Shown here piece by piece: positions 30,114-38,488 of a stretch of DNA of 64,000 nt. Position 1 is the stretch's first letter; each line of letters opens with the position of its first letter. The notes under the pieces were generated by a model. It did no database searches and was not told the DNA's origin. It saw only the letters and a list, made by a program, of their open reading frames with translations. The DNA comes from Anaerolinea sp. (GTDB lineage Bacteria > Chloroflexota > Limnocylindria > Limnocylindrales > CSP1-4): positions 33,966-97,965 of the forward strand of contig PNKK01000004.1 of NCBI GenBank assembly GCA_013822395.1. The letters are read 5' to 3'. The translations under genes and the position numbers were made by a program.

Positions 30114-31535
30114 ATGACCGAGATCCTCACCGAGTCCTTCTGCGAACGGTGCGGCACCCGCTACACCTTCGAGTCCGTTGCGCCGCGACAGCGTCGCATC
30201 GGGAGGATCCGCGTCCTCGGCCGCGGCCTGAAGAACTTCGTCATGTCGGACGATTCCTCGCTCGACGAGGCGATGGCCGCCGCCCGCTCGGACGCCGAGC
30301 GCGAAGCGACGGCGCAGCAGCTCGACGCGTTCCACAGGACGTTCAACTTCTGCATGTCGTGCCGCCAGTACACGTGCGGCAACTGCTGGAACGTCGTCGA
30401 GGCCCGATGTCTGTCGTGCGCACCGCTCGCGATCACACAGACCACAGAGGAAACGCTCGCCGAGTCCGACGTCGAGCGACTTCTCCGACTCGCGACACCG
30501 GCTCCCGAGACGGCCGGGCCGGCTGTATCGCCCACTCAGCCGGACCTCGCCGGTGAGGGCGGGCCGGCGGCGCACGCCGAGGGCGACCTGCTCGCGCAGG
30601 GCTCTCTCGCGTCCACAGTGGCCACAGGAGACGTCGAGCCCGAGCCGGCCGGCCCCCGTGTCGCCGAAGGCGTCGATGTCGGGCGGGTCACGGCCGAGGC
30701 TGGACCCGCCGACCATGACCTGCTCGGCCTGGAGCCCGGCGAGAGCCTGGACGAGGCGATCGCCGCCTATGAGGCGTCCGTTGCCGAGACCGTGCCCCTG
30801 TCCGGTCCTGGCGTCGACAGCATCGAGCAGCCCGCCTGGCCGACCGAGCCGGCCGCCGCCGAGCCGGAAGCCGAACCCAAGCCGATCGCGGCGACCGGAC
30901 CTGAGCCCCAACCGGAGCCCGAGCCCGAGACGGCCACGGCTTCGGCCCATGCCACCGCGCCGGAGGTCGTCTCCGCGCCGGAGGTCGTCTCCGCGCCGGA
31001 GGTCGTCCCCGCGCCGGAGGTCGTCCCCGCGCCGGAGGTCGTCTCCGCGCCGGAGGTCGTCCCCGCGCCGGAGGTCGTCTCCGCGCCGGAGGTCGTCTCC
31101 GCGCCGGAGGTCGTCTCCGCGCCGGAGGTCGTCCCCGCGCCGGAGGTCGTCCCCGCGCCGGAGCCGGAGTCCGTGGCAGCCTCACATCCCGAGCCGGAAG
31201 TCGGCGCGGCTCCCCCACCTCCGGCGGCACCCAGGGCCCCCGTCGAGACGCCGCCCGAGGCCCCGCGCTGGCCGACCGGGCCACGCTGGCCGACCGGCAT
31301 CCCGGCCCGCCCGGCGTCTTCACCCGCGGCACCTGCGGGCGATCCACTGGCGGCGATCATGGCTCGCCAGGCCACCGAGGCGATGTGGGCTGCCTCAAGT
31401 CGGGATGTGATCCAGCCGCCGCTGGTCGTGCAGGCCGCACCGACCGCCGGCGTCCAGCCCTGCGTGAGCTGCGGCATCTCGCTCTCGGCGAATGCCCGAT
31501 TCTGTCGCCGCTGCGGGACCTCTCAGGTCGGCTGA
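30114..31535 (+). CDS. double zinc-ribbon protein with acidic/proline-rich repetitive linker
   Basis: ORF 29988..31535(+) trimmed to ATG 30114. N-terminal Cys clusters are CERCG...CMSCRQYTCGNCW...CLSC. The C-terminal ribbon is CVSCG...CRRCG. The centre contains 11 tandem APEVV(S/P) units. Confidence 0.75.
   Translation: MTEILTESFCERCGTRYTFESVAPRQRRIGRIRVLGRGLKNFVMSDDSSLDEAMAAARSDAEREATAQQLDAFHRTFNFCMSCRQYTCGNCWNVVEARCLSCAPLAITQTTEETLAESDVERLLRLATPAPETAGPAVSPTQPDLAGEGGPAAHAEGDLLAQGSLASTVATGDVEPEPAGPRVAEGVDVGRVTAEAGPADHDLLGLEPGESLDEAIAAYEASVAETVPLSGPGVDSIEQPAWPTEPAAAEPEAEPKPIAATGPEPQPEPEPETATASAHATAPEVVSAPEVVSAPEVVPAPEVVPAPEVVSAPEVVPAPEVVSAPEVVSAPEVVSAPEVVPAPEVVPAPEPESVAASHPEPEVGAAPPPPAAPRAPVETPPEAPRWPTGPRWPTGIPARPASSPAAPAGDPLAAIMARQATEAMWAASSRDVIQPPLVVQAAPTAGVQPCVSCGISLSANARFCRRCGTSQVG
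30957..31154. repeat. 11 tandem copies of an 18-bp unit GCGCCGGAGGTCGTC(T/C)CC inside the CDS
   Basis: Read directly from the sequence. Units differ only at one position (TCC vs CCC) and encode APEVVS or APEVVP. Confidence 0.95.
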
Positions 31536-31555
31536 TCGTCGCTCCGTTGCCGGGC

Positions 31556-32527
31556 TCAGAGGATCGGTGACTCCGACGCAGCGCCCGGCTCGCCCTCCGT
31601 GCCCAACATGCTGGGCGGCTCGCCCTCCGTGCCCAACATGCTGGGCGGCTCGCCCTCCGTGCCCAACATGCTGGGCGGCTCGCCCCAGGTTCGGTCGCGC
31701 TCGCGGACCCAGGCAGCGCCGAGCAGGATCGCCTGGAATGACAGGCCGAGCCACGCAAGAGCGGCAAACGCCGTCGCGAGCGCGCCGATCGTCGCCGCCG
31801 CCCCGATGAGGCGCGGCGCCAGAAAGACGAAGACGCGGGTCAGCACGGTCAGGACGACGGCCACGGTGAGGGACGGAAGCAGGATCGCTCGCCACCGGGG
31901 CGCCAGCACGGGCACGAACCGGTAGACGAGGGCGATCGAGACGATCGTGGCAATCGCAGGAACCAGCGCCAGCGCCGCATCGCCGAGGATTCCGACGACG
32001 GCCCCTCCCCTCGCCTCCGCCGCGTCGAGGAAGGAGGACAGCCCGGCGAGGACAGCCCCGAGGACCGCCGCCCCGATCAATCCCAGGACCGCGACGAGCG
32101 CACCCACGTTCCGGGCCACGAACCCGCGGCGCCGCTCGCCGCCGAAGATCCGGCGCAACGCGTCCTCGAACGTGACGACGAACCGGCTCGCGCCCCACAC
32201 GAGCGCGAGGCCGCCCAGCACGGAGATCGCGCCGGCCGCGCCGGCGGCCTCGTCGAGCACCAGTCGGACGACGCCGCGGAGTGGCGGGAGAACGTTCGCG
32301 ATGCCATCGACGATGGCTGCCTGCCTCGCCTCGCCCTCGACGACCAGCCCCACGATCCCCGCGCCCAGGACGGTCAGCGGCACGAGCGCGAAGAGCGCGC
32401 TGTAGGCGAGACCTCCCGCCATGAGCGTGCCGCCCGCCGTGTCGTAGCGGTCGAGCACGCCGCGGAGGGCGACGACCGGCCCCCAGCCAGGGACGGCGGC
32501 CAGCCGCGCGGTCCAGCCGCGGCCCAT
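31556..32527 (-). CDS. YihY/BrkB-family (ribonuclease BN-like) inner membrane protein
   Basis: ORF 31556..32881(-) trimmed to ATG 32527. Sequence GGLAYSALFALVPL...VWGASRFVVTFEDALRRIF...YRFVP is typical of the YihY family. The C-terminal tail carries 3 GEPPSMLGTE repeats. Confidence 0.8.
   Translation of the reverse strand: MGRGWTARLAAVPGWGPVVALRGVLDRYDTAGGTLMAGGLAYSALFALVPLTVLGAGIVGLVVEGEARQAAIVDGIANVLPPLRGVVRLVLDEAAGAAGAISVLGGLALVWGASRFVVTFEDALRRIFGGERRRGFVARNVGALVAVLGLIGAAVLGAVLAGLSSFLDAAEARGGAVVGILGDAALALVPAIATIVSIALVYRFVPVLAPRWRAILLPSLTVAVVLTVLTRVFVFLAPRLIGAAATIGALATAFAALAWLGLSFQAILLGAAWVRERDRTWGEPPSMLGTEGEPPSMLGTEGEPPSMLGTEGEPGAASESPIL
31587..31686. repeat. 3.3 tandem copies of a perfect 30-bp unit GGCTCGCCCTCCGTGCCCAACATGCTGGGC inside the 3' end of the YihY-family CDS
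   Basis: Read directly from the sequence; the first three units are identical. Confidence 0.95.
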
Positions 32528-32532
32528 GCCGA

Positions 32533-32775
32533 TCAGCCCCGAAGGTCCTCGAACAGGCCCGGCTGGAGGTGATCGGCGCGGACTCGGCGGGGCGGGGCGA
32601 TGAGCGCCTTCACCTCGCCGCGCCGGACGAAGCGGCGCCCGCCGAGCTTGATGCTCTGGAGCTTCCCGGTCCGCGCCCACGTCCCGATCGTGGTGGGCCG
32701 GAAGCGAACGTTGGCGGCCGCGAGGATCTCGGCGGCCTCGGCGAGGCTGATCCAGTCGGTGGCGGAGCCGGCCAT
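32533..32775 (-). CDS. excisionase/MerR-like helix-turn-helix DNA-binding protein (80 aa)
   Basis: Terminal part of ORF 32533..33120(-) from ATG 32775: MAGSATDWISLAEAAEILAAANVRFRPTTIGTWARTGKLQSIKLGGRRFVRRGEVKALI. This is the pattern of excisionase-family HTH_17 domains. Confidence 0.7.
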   Translation of the reverse strand: MAGSATDWISLAEAAEILAAANVRFRPTTIGTWARTGKLQSIKLGGRRFVRRGEVKALIAPPRRVRADHLQPGLFEDLRG

Positions 32776-32777
32776 CG

Positions 32778-33149
32778 TCAGTCGGTCCCGTCCGTGGAGG
32801 CGGCCGGCGGCGTGGTCGACGTTCCGGCGTTGCTCTCGCCGCCCGTGCTCTCCCCACTGCCGCCCGTGCTCGCCCCGCCACCGGTGGTGCTCCCGCCGTC
32901 GGTGGTGCTGCCGGTGTCGGCGTCTCCGGCCGGCTTGGCCGCCCGCGACTTGCCGGCAGCCGAGCTCGCGGAGCGGTCCTTCTTCGCCCATCCGGAGCCC
33001 TTGAAGTGGACCGCCGGCGCGGCGAAGCCCTTGCGCATCGTGCCCTCGGCGCCGCACTGCGGGCAGAACCTCGGCCCTCCCGCGTGGATGCCGTGGCTCA
33101 CCTCGGCGAGGTGGCCACAACGGGCGCAGGCGTAATCATAGGCGGGCAC
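32778..33149 (-). CDS. FmdB-family zinc-ribbon protein with Ser/Gly/Thr-rich disordered C-terminus
   Basis: ORF 32778..33149(-). Sequence MPAYDYACARCGHLAEVSHGIHAGGPRFCPQCG is the CxxC...CxxC FmdB motif. It is followed by a low-complexity tail. Confidence 0.8.
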   Translation of the reverse strand: MPAYDYACARCGHLAEVSHGIHAGGPRFCPQCGAEGTMRKGFAAPAVHFKGSGWAKKDRSASSAAGKSRAAKPAGDADTGSTTDGGSTTGGGASTGGSGESTGGESNAGTSTTPPAASTDGTD

Positions 33150-33179
33150 GGACTTGGCGCTCCTCCACTCCCCGATCGA

Positions 33180-33980
33180 TCAGCCGCGCAACAGCCGCAT
33201 GCCGCACTTCGGGCAGTAGAACGCCCGCTCGTGCGCGGACGCGAACCCGCAATGTGGGCACACGACACCGCCCTGCCCGTGCGCCGCGGCCGGCCGCTGG
33301 ACGGCGGTGAGCCCGAGCGAGTACTGGCTCGCCAGGATGTTCGAGAGCAGGCTCGTCAGGATCTTCGAGGCGATCCGGTCCGTGTCGCCGCGGACGCCCC
33401 GACCGCCCCAGCCGACCACGCCCCGGACGATCATGTCGCCGGTGACCTCGTCCCAGTGGGCAGCAACGCCACCGACGACCGCGTTGTACTCGGGGTAGCC
33501 GGCGGTGTCCGTCTCCCCGTCGAGAAGCGCGCAGACGAAGGTGTCGAAGGCGAGGTCGATCGCGTCGATCGTCTCGAGCACGACGAGGGCGTGCCGCGCG
33601 ACCGGCGAGAGCATGTGGTGCGCATTGAGCCACTGCATCGCCTCGGACGGGCGAACGATCGACGGGGTCGCCTGACTGTATTCGATCGGGAGCGGATTGA
33701 TGACCTCGATCTCGCTCTTGGCAATCCCGACGAGCATGGCCGGCAGGTCGGCCAGCGCCTGCGGGCCGGCCTTGATCCGAACGCCTTCGCTCGTCTTCCC
33801 GGCATAGTTGAGGCGGAGCTGGTGCTCCTGGGCCACGACCTCCTCGGGAAGGGCATGGCCGGCAGGCCCCTGGGGGGCCGACGGCGCGGACTTGGCGGCC
33901 GGTGCGGGAGCACCACCCCGGCGACGCAGGAACTCGAGCGGCACGAAGCTCTCCCGACAAGGCGACGTGAACTGCCTCAC
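33180..33980 (-). CDS. hypothetical protein with C-terminal zinc ribbon
   Basis: ORF 33180..33980(-). C-terminus is CPHCGFASAHERAFYCPKCG. No family was recognised for the roughly 200-aa body, and the start is uncertain. Confidence 0.55.
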   Translation of the reverse strand: MRQFTSPCRESFVPLEFLRRRGGAPAPAAKSAPSAPQGPAGHALPEEVVAQEHQLRLNYAGKTSEGVRIKAGPQALADLPAMLVGIAKSEIEVINPLPIEYSQATPSIVRPSEAMQWLNAHHMLSPVARHALVVLETIDAIDLAFDTFVCALLDGETDTAGYPEYNAVVGGVAAHWDEVTGDMIVRGVVGWGGRGVRGDTDRIASKILTSLLSNILASQYSLGLTAVQRPAAAHGQGGVVCPHCGFASAHERAFYCPKCGMRLLRG

Positions 33981-34014
33981 ATCGTAGCAGCGCCCGATCC
34001 CGAGCTTCGGGGCA

Positions 34015-35748
34015 TCAGCCGGCGCCGGTCGGCACGAAGACGGCCGCCTCGTGGGGGCCGAGCCGGACCGCTCCGCCGTCGCGGAACCCGGCCGGCAGCG
34101 CGAGGTGGGTCGTCACGAGCGGACGCCAAGCCGTCGCGACTCCCGTCGACAGCTCGAAGCGGGCGGGCCGCCGCCCGAAGTTGACCACGGTGAGGGCCAC
34201 GCTTGCGCCCGCCTGTCGCAGGTACGCCAGGACCTCCGCCGCGGGCGCGGGCAGGAGAACCTGATCGCCCCGGTTCAGGGCCGGCGTGACGCGTCGGACG
34301 GCGATCAGGCGCCGGTACAGGGCGAGGATCGAGTCCGCGTCGGCCGCCTGGGCCTCCACGTTGCGGATGGCGCTGTCCGGAGTCAGCCGAAGCCACGGCC
34401 GACCGGTCGTGAACCCGGCCCCCGGGCCGGCGGTCCAGGGCATCGGTGACCGGCACTGATCTCGATTCCACCACGGGAACGCGAGCCCCGCTCGCCGCGC
34501 GGGTGGATCCTGGATCTCGCCGCGCGGGATCTCGACATCCCGGAGCCCCAGCTCCTCGCCGTAATACAGGAACGGCGTGCCGCGCTGGGTCAGGAGCACG
34601 ACGGCGGCCGCCCGCGCGATCTCGTCCGTGTCCCCCCTCGAGCCGGCCAGCCGGGTTGCGGTCCGCGATCGATCGTGATTGGACAAGACGACGGTCGGCC
34701 AGCGTCCTGGGCCGAACGCGGCCTCGCGCTCCCGGATCGCCCGGGCGTAGGCCGGTGCGGCCCAGGGCTGTTCGAGGAGCCCGAAGTCGAACACGAGGTG
34801 CCGATCGGCGGTGTGGGTCGCGGCCACGGCCGGCCCGCCCTCGAACAGCTCGCCGACGGTCATCCGCCCCGGCCGGGCATCGACGATCGCGCGCAGCTCG
34901 CACAGGACCTCGCGGAGGCCCGGCTGATCCTTGTCGTGGCGATGCTCCTGCCGGTCCCAGGGTCGACGCCGCCAACCACGGGTGGGATTCGAGCGCAGCT
35001 CGGCATCCTTCACCAGGGCGTTGAAGACGTCGAGCCGGAAGCCGTCGGCGCCACGGTCCAGCCAGCCGCGGATCATCGCGTACTGGGCCTCCCGGACGGC
35101 GGGGGACCGCCAGTCGAGATCGGGCTGCTCGGTCAGGAACGTGTGCAGGTAGAACTGCTCACGGGCCGGCTCATAGGTCCACGCCGAACCCCCGAAGAAC
35201 GACAGCCAGTTGTTCGGTGGCCGCGGCCGTCCCGAGCGATCGCGTCCCGCCGGATCCCGCCACACGTACCAGTCGGCGTGGGGACCCGTCCGCCCGGCCC
35301 GCGACGAGACGAACCACGGGTGCCGGTCGCTGGTGTGGTTGAGGACGAGGTCCAGGATGATCCGGATTCCGCGCCGGTGCGCCTCTGCCACCAGGCGCTC
35401 GAAGTCGGCGTCCGTCCCGAACAGGGGATCGATGGCCCCGTGATCGGAGATGTCGTAGCCGGCGTCGAGTCCGGGCGACGGGTAGATCGGCGACAGCCAG
35501 ATGGCGTCCACGCCAAGCCCGTCCGGCCCGTGACCCAGGTGGTCCAGGTGGGCGACGAGCCCCGGGAGGTCGCCGACGCCGTCCCCGTTCGAGTCGGCGA
35601 AGCTGCGCGGGTAGACCTGGTAGATCACGCCTCGCTGCCACCAATCGTCGCCAGGCACGCCAGTGCTGGTCAGCGGAGTCGCCTCGACGACCGGCTCCGA
35701 CTCGACCTCGGATGGGCTGCGGGCGAGGCCGGTGGCGGTCGGATCCAT
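34015..35748 (-). CDS. GH13 alpha-glucosidase / oligo-1,6-glucosidase / trehalose-6-phosphate hydrolase-like
   Basis: ORF 34015..36012(-) trimmed to ATG 35748. Motifs WWQRGVIYQVYPRSFADSNGDGVGDL, DLVLNHTS, GFRLDV, and a HDRSR variant of region IV. Confidence 0.9.
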   Translation of the reverse strand: MDPTATGLARSPSEVESEPVVEATPLTSTGVPGDDWWQRGVIYQVYPRSFADSNGDGVGDLPGLVAHLDHLGHGPDGLGVDAIWLSPIYPSPGLDAGYDISDHGAIDPLFGTDADFERLVAEAHRRGIRIILDLVLNHTSDRHPWFVSSRAGRTGPHADWYVWRDPAGRDRSGRPRPPNNWLSFFGGSAWTYEPAREQFYLHTFLTEQPDLDWRSPAVREAQYAMIRGWLDRGADGFRLDVFNALVKDAELRSNPTRGWRRRPWDRQEHRHDKDQPGLREVLCELRAIVDARPGRMTVGELFEGGPAVAATHTADRHLVFDFGLLEQPWAAPAYARAIREREAAFGPGRWPTVVLSNHDRSRTATRLAGSRGDTDEIARAAAVVLLTQRGTPFLYYGEELGLRDVEIPRGEIQDPPARRAGLAFPWWNRDQCRSPMPWTAGPGAGFTTGRPWLRLTPDSAIRNVEAQAADADSILALYRRLIAVRRVTPALNRGDQVLLPAPAAEVLAYLRQAGASVALTVVNFGRRPARFELSTGVATAWRPLVTTHLALPAGFRDGGAVRLGPHEAAVFVPTGAG

Positions 35749-35797
35749 CGCTTGGCTCCCTCGGTCGGACACGGATGACGATGATGCGCGATTCCCC

Positions 35798-35827
35798 TTG
35801 ACGCCGCGGGGTCGACGCACATAATAC
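35798..35827 (+). promoter_or_regulatory. candidate sigma-70-type promoter TTGACG-N18-TAATAC for lacI and the ABC operon
   Basis: The hexamers were read directly from the sequence. The -10 element lies about 97 nt upstream of the TTG start at 35924. Confidence 0.4.
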
Positions 35828-35832
35828 GCGTT

Positions 35833-35848
35833 ACTAACACGAGTTAGT
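35833..35848. promoter_or_regulatory. perfect inverted repeat ACTAAC-acga-GTTAGT, candidate operator
   Basis: Lies 6 nt downstream of the candidate -10 element, in the divergent GH13/LacI intergenic region. Confidence 0.35.
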
Positions 35849-35923
35849 CCCGCCGAGGATGAGGCCTTCGACAAGCCGCTCATCCGCCGGCCGGCTGGCC
35901 CGCCGCAGCACAGGGAGACCCGG

Positions 35924-36973
35924 TTGCCCGACCAGCGACGACGGCGTCCGACGAGTGCCGACGTGGCCGCCCTGGCCGGTGTGTCGCGGACCACCGTGTC
36001 GTTCGTGGTCAACGGCCGATCGGACGTCCAGATCCCGCCGGAGACCCGCCGCCGCGTGGAGGCCGTGGCGCGGGAGCTTGGCTACCACCCCCACGGCGCG
36101 GCTCGCCAGCTGGCCGCCGGCAAGAGCCTGACCCTGGGCCTGGTCCTCCGCCAGTCGGCCGAGCAGGTGGTGGCCGACGCCCTGCTGGCCGAGACCCTGT
36201 GGGGCCTCGCAGCGGCCGCCCGGGCCGGCGGCTTCCGGGTGCTCGTCGAGCCGCTCGCCCCCAGCGAGGGTACCTACGCCGATCTCCTGCGCTCGCAGCG
36301 CGCCGACGGCCTCGTCGTGTCGGGACCGCGCGACGATGACGATGACCTGGCGGCGCTCGTCCGGGACGGCTTCCCGATCGTCCTTCAGGGCTCGCGCCCG
36401 GACCTCGATGCCCCGAGCGTCGACGTGGACAACCGGGCCGGAGCGCGCGGTGCCGTCGAGCACCTGATCGGCCTGGGGCATCGACGGATCGGCTGCATCA
36501 CGAACGCTTCCCTCGCCTATACGGCCGCGGCCGAGCGACTTGCCGGCTACCGTGATGCTCTCGAGGCAGCCGACATCGCGTTCGACGAACGGTTCGTGGT
36601 GGAAGGTGCGTTCGACGCCGCCAGTGGCCACGTGGCGATGGCCCGGCTTCTTGCCCGGGCGGACCCCACGGCCGTCTTCGTCGCCAGCGACGTCGTGGCG
36701 ATCGGCGCCCTGCGCGGCCTGCGCGACGCCGGTCTCGGGGTCCCGCGTGACGTCTCGGTCGTCGGCTTCGACGACATCCCGCTGGCCGAGCATTTCGACC
36801 CGCCGCTGACGACGGTCCGCCTCCCGGCCCACAGCCTGGGCATGACCGCCGGCCAGTTGCTGGTGGAGCGGGTGGCCGGTCGGCCGGTTGCTCAGAGAAC
36901 GCTGCTGCCGACGGAGCTTGTCATCCGCGAATCGACCGCCGCCGTCGGCCCGCGGCGATCCGGAGGGCCGTAG
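35924..36973 (+). CDS. LacI-family transcriptional regulator
   Basis: ORF 35924..36973(+). HTH segment PTSADVAALAGVSRTTVSFVVNG, then a periplasmic-binding-like fold. TTG start with GGGAG 7 nt upstream. Confidence 0.9.
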   Translation: MPDQRRRRPTSADVAALAGVSRTTVSFVVNGRSDVQIPPETRRRVEAVARELGYHPHGAARQLAAGKSLTLGLVLRQSAEQVVADALLAETLWGLAAAARAGGFRVLVEPLAPSEGTYADLLRSQRADGLVVSGPRDDDDDLAALVRDGFPIVLQGSRPDLDAPSVDVDNRAGARGAVEHLIGLGHRRIGCITNASLAYTAAAERLAGYRDALEAADIAFDERFVVEGAFDAASGHVAMARLLARADPTAVFVASDVVAIGALRGLRDAGLGVPRDVSVVGFDDIPLAEHFDPPLTTVRLPAHSLGMTAGQLLVERVAGRPVAQRTLLPTELVIRESTAAVGPRRSGGP

Positions 36974-37058
36974 ACCGAAGACCAAGGAGGAGCGTGGCGA
37001 CCCAAGCAGGTTCGGACCGGGCCCATCCCGGCCACAGGCATGGAGAGGAGCAACCAAC

Positions 37059-38402
37059 ATGATCCACTTGAACAGCCGGGGCATCCCGCGAGCCGTCACG
37101 TTGCTCGCAACGGCGGCCCTCGCGGTCGCCGCGTGTGGCGGAGGCGCGTCACCGAGTCCGAGCGCAACGGCCGCGCCGGCCGAGACTCCCGGCCCGACCG
37201 AGGCACCGAGCGCCGAGCTCGGCGGCACCGTGACCGTCATCGGCACATGGGGCGGCTCCGAGCAGGAGTCGTTCCTGGCGATGGTCAAGCCGTTCGAGGA
37301 CCAGACCGGCATCGACGTCCAGTACACCGGCACCCGCGACCTCAACGCGGTCCTCACGACCGGCGTCGCCTCCGGGATCCTTCCGGACCTCGCCGGCCTG
37401 CCGGGCCCCGGCCAGATGGCCGAGTACGCCACGGCCGGCGCCCTCAAGCCGCTCGACGAGGTCCTCGACGTGGCCACGTACAAGGCCGAGACAGGGGCCG
37501 GCCTCGTCGACCTTGGCACCGTTGACGGGAAGATCGCCGGCGTGTTCATCAAGGCCGCCGTGAAGGGCCTCATCTGGTACAACCCCAAGATCTACACGGG
37601 CGGTCAGCCGGCGAGCTGGGACGACCTCGAGTCGAAGGGAGCCGCGGCGGCCGCGGCGATCGGCGGTGACGCCCGGCCGTGGTGCACCGGGATCGAGTCG
37701 GGCGCCGCGTCCGGCTGGGCCGGCACCGACTGGATCGAGGACTTCGTCCTGCGGGCGGCCGGCCCCGACGTCTACGACAAGTGGGTCGCAGGCGAGCAGA
37801 AGTGGACCTCACCGGAGATCAGGTCCGCGTTCGAAAGCTTCGGCAAGGTCGTCTCCGAGTCGTACGGCGGCTCGAAGAACGTCAACGCGACCAACTTCGG
37901 CGATGCCGGCAACCCGCTGTTCGCCAATCCGCCCGGCTGCGTGTTCCTCCATCAGGCGTCGTTCATCACCGACTTCTTCCAGAAGCAGGGTGGCGCCAAG
38001 CCCGGCGACTACGACTTCTACCCGTTCCCGGACATCAATCCGGCGTACACGGGTGCCGTCGAGGGCGCCGGCGACCTGTTCGGCATGTTCAACGACACGC
38101 CCCAGGCTCGCGCCCTGATCAAGTACCTGGTCACCGCGGACGCTCAGGCGATCTGGGTCGGTCGCGGCGGCGCCCTCTCTGCCAACAAGAACGTCACGAA
38201 CTACCCGGATGACGTCAGCAAGCGCTCGGCCGAGATCCTCGCCAACGCCAAGGTCTTCCGCTTCGATGCATCCGACCTCATGCCGGCCGCCATGAACGAG
38301 GCGTTCTGGGCCGGTATCGTCGCCTATGTCCAGGATTCCTCGAAACTCGATTCGATTCTGGCCGACCTCGACACCACGCAGTCGAGTGCCTACGGGGGCT
38401 GA
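37059..38402 (+). CDS. ABC sugar-binding lipoprotein (CUT1 family)
   Basis: ORF 36888..38402(+) trimmed to ATG 37059 (GGAGAGGAG RBS). Lipobox LAVAACGG. Confidence 0.85.
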   Translation: MIHLNSRGIPRAVTLLATAALAVAACGGGASPSPSATAAPAETPGPTEAPSAELGGTVTVIGTWGGSEQESFLAMVKPFEDQTGIDVQYTGTRDLNAVLTTGVASGILPDLAGLPGPGQMAEYATAGALKPLDEVLDVATYKAETGAGLVDLGTVDGKIAGVFIKAAVKGLIWYNPKIYTGGQPASWDDLESKGAAAAAAIGGDARPWCTGIESGAASGWAGTDWIEDFVLRAAGPDVYDKWVAGEQKWTSPEIRSAFESFGKVVSESYGGSKNVNATNFGDAGNPLFANPPGCVFLHQASFITDFFQKQGGAKPGDYDFYPFPDINPAYTGAVEGAGDLFGMFNDTPQARALIKYLVTADAQAIWVGRGGALSANKNVTNYPDDVSKRSAEILANAKVFRFDASDLMPAAMNEAFWAGIVAYVQDSSKLDSILADLDTTQSSAYGG

Positions 38403-38488
38403 CCGGCCTCCACGTCCCTGATCCCGGCGCCGGCCGCGACGGGCCCCGCCCGTCGCGGCCGGCCAGCACTCCAGCAAGGAGGCGCCCC

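Noticed and set aside
35822-35834. AATACGCGTTACT as a classical LacI-family operator (TGnAAnCGnTTnCA type).
   Set aside because: Only the central ACGCGT is palindromic and the arms do not match. The adjacent perfect ACTAAC-N4-GTTAGT repeat is the better, though still unproven, candidate.
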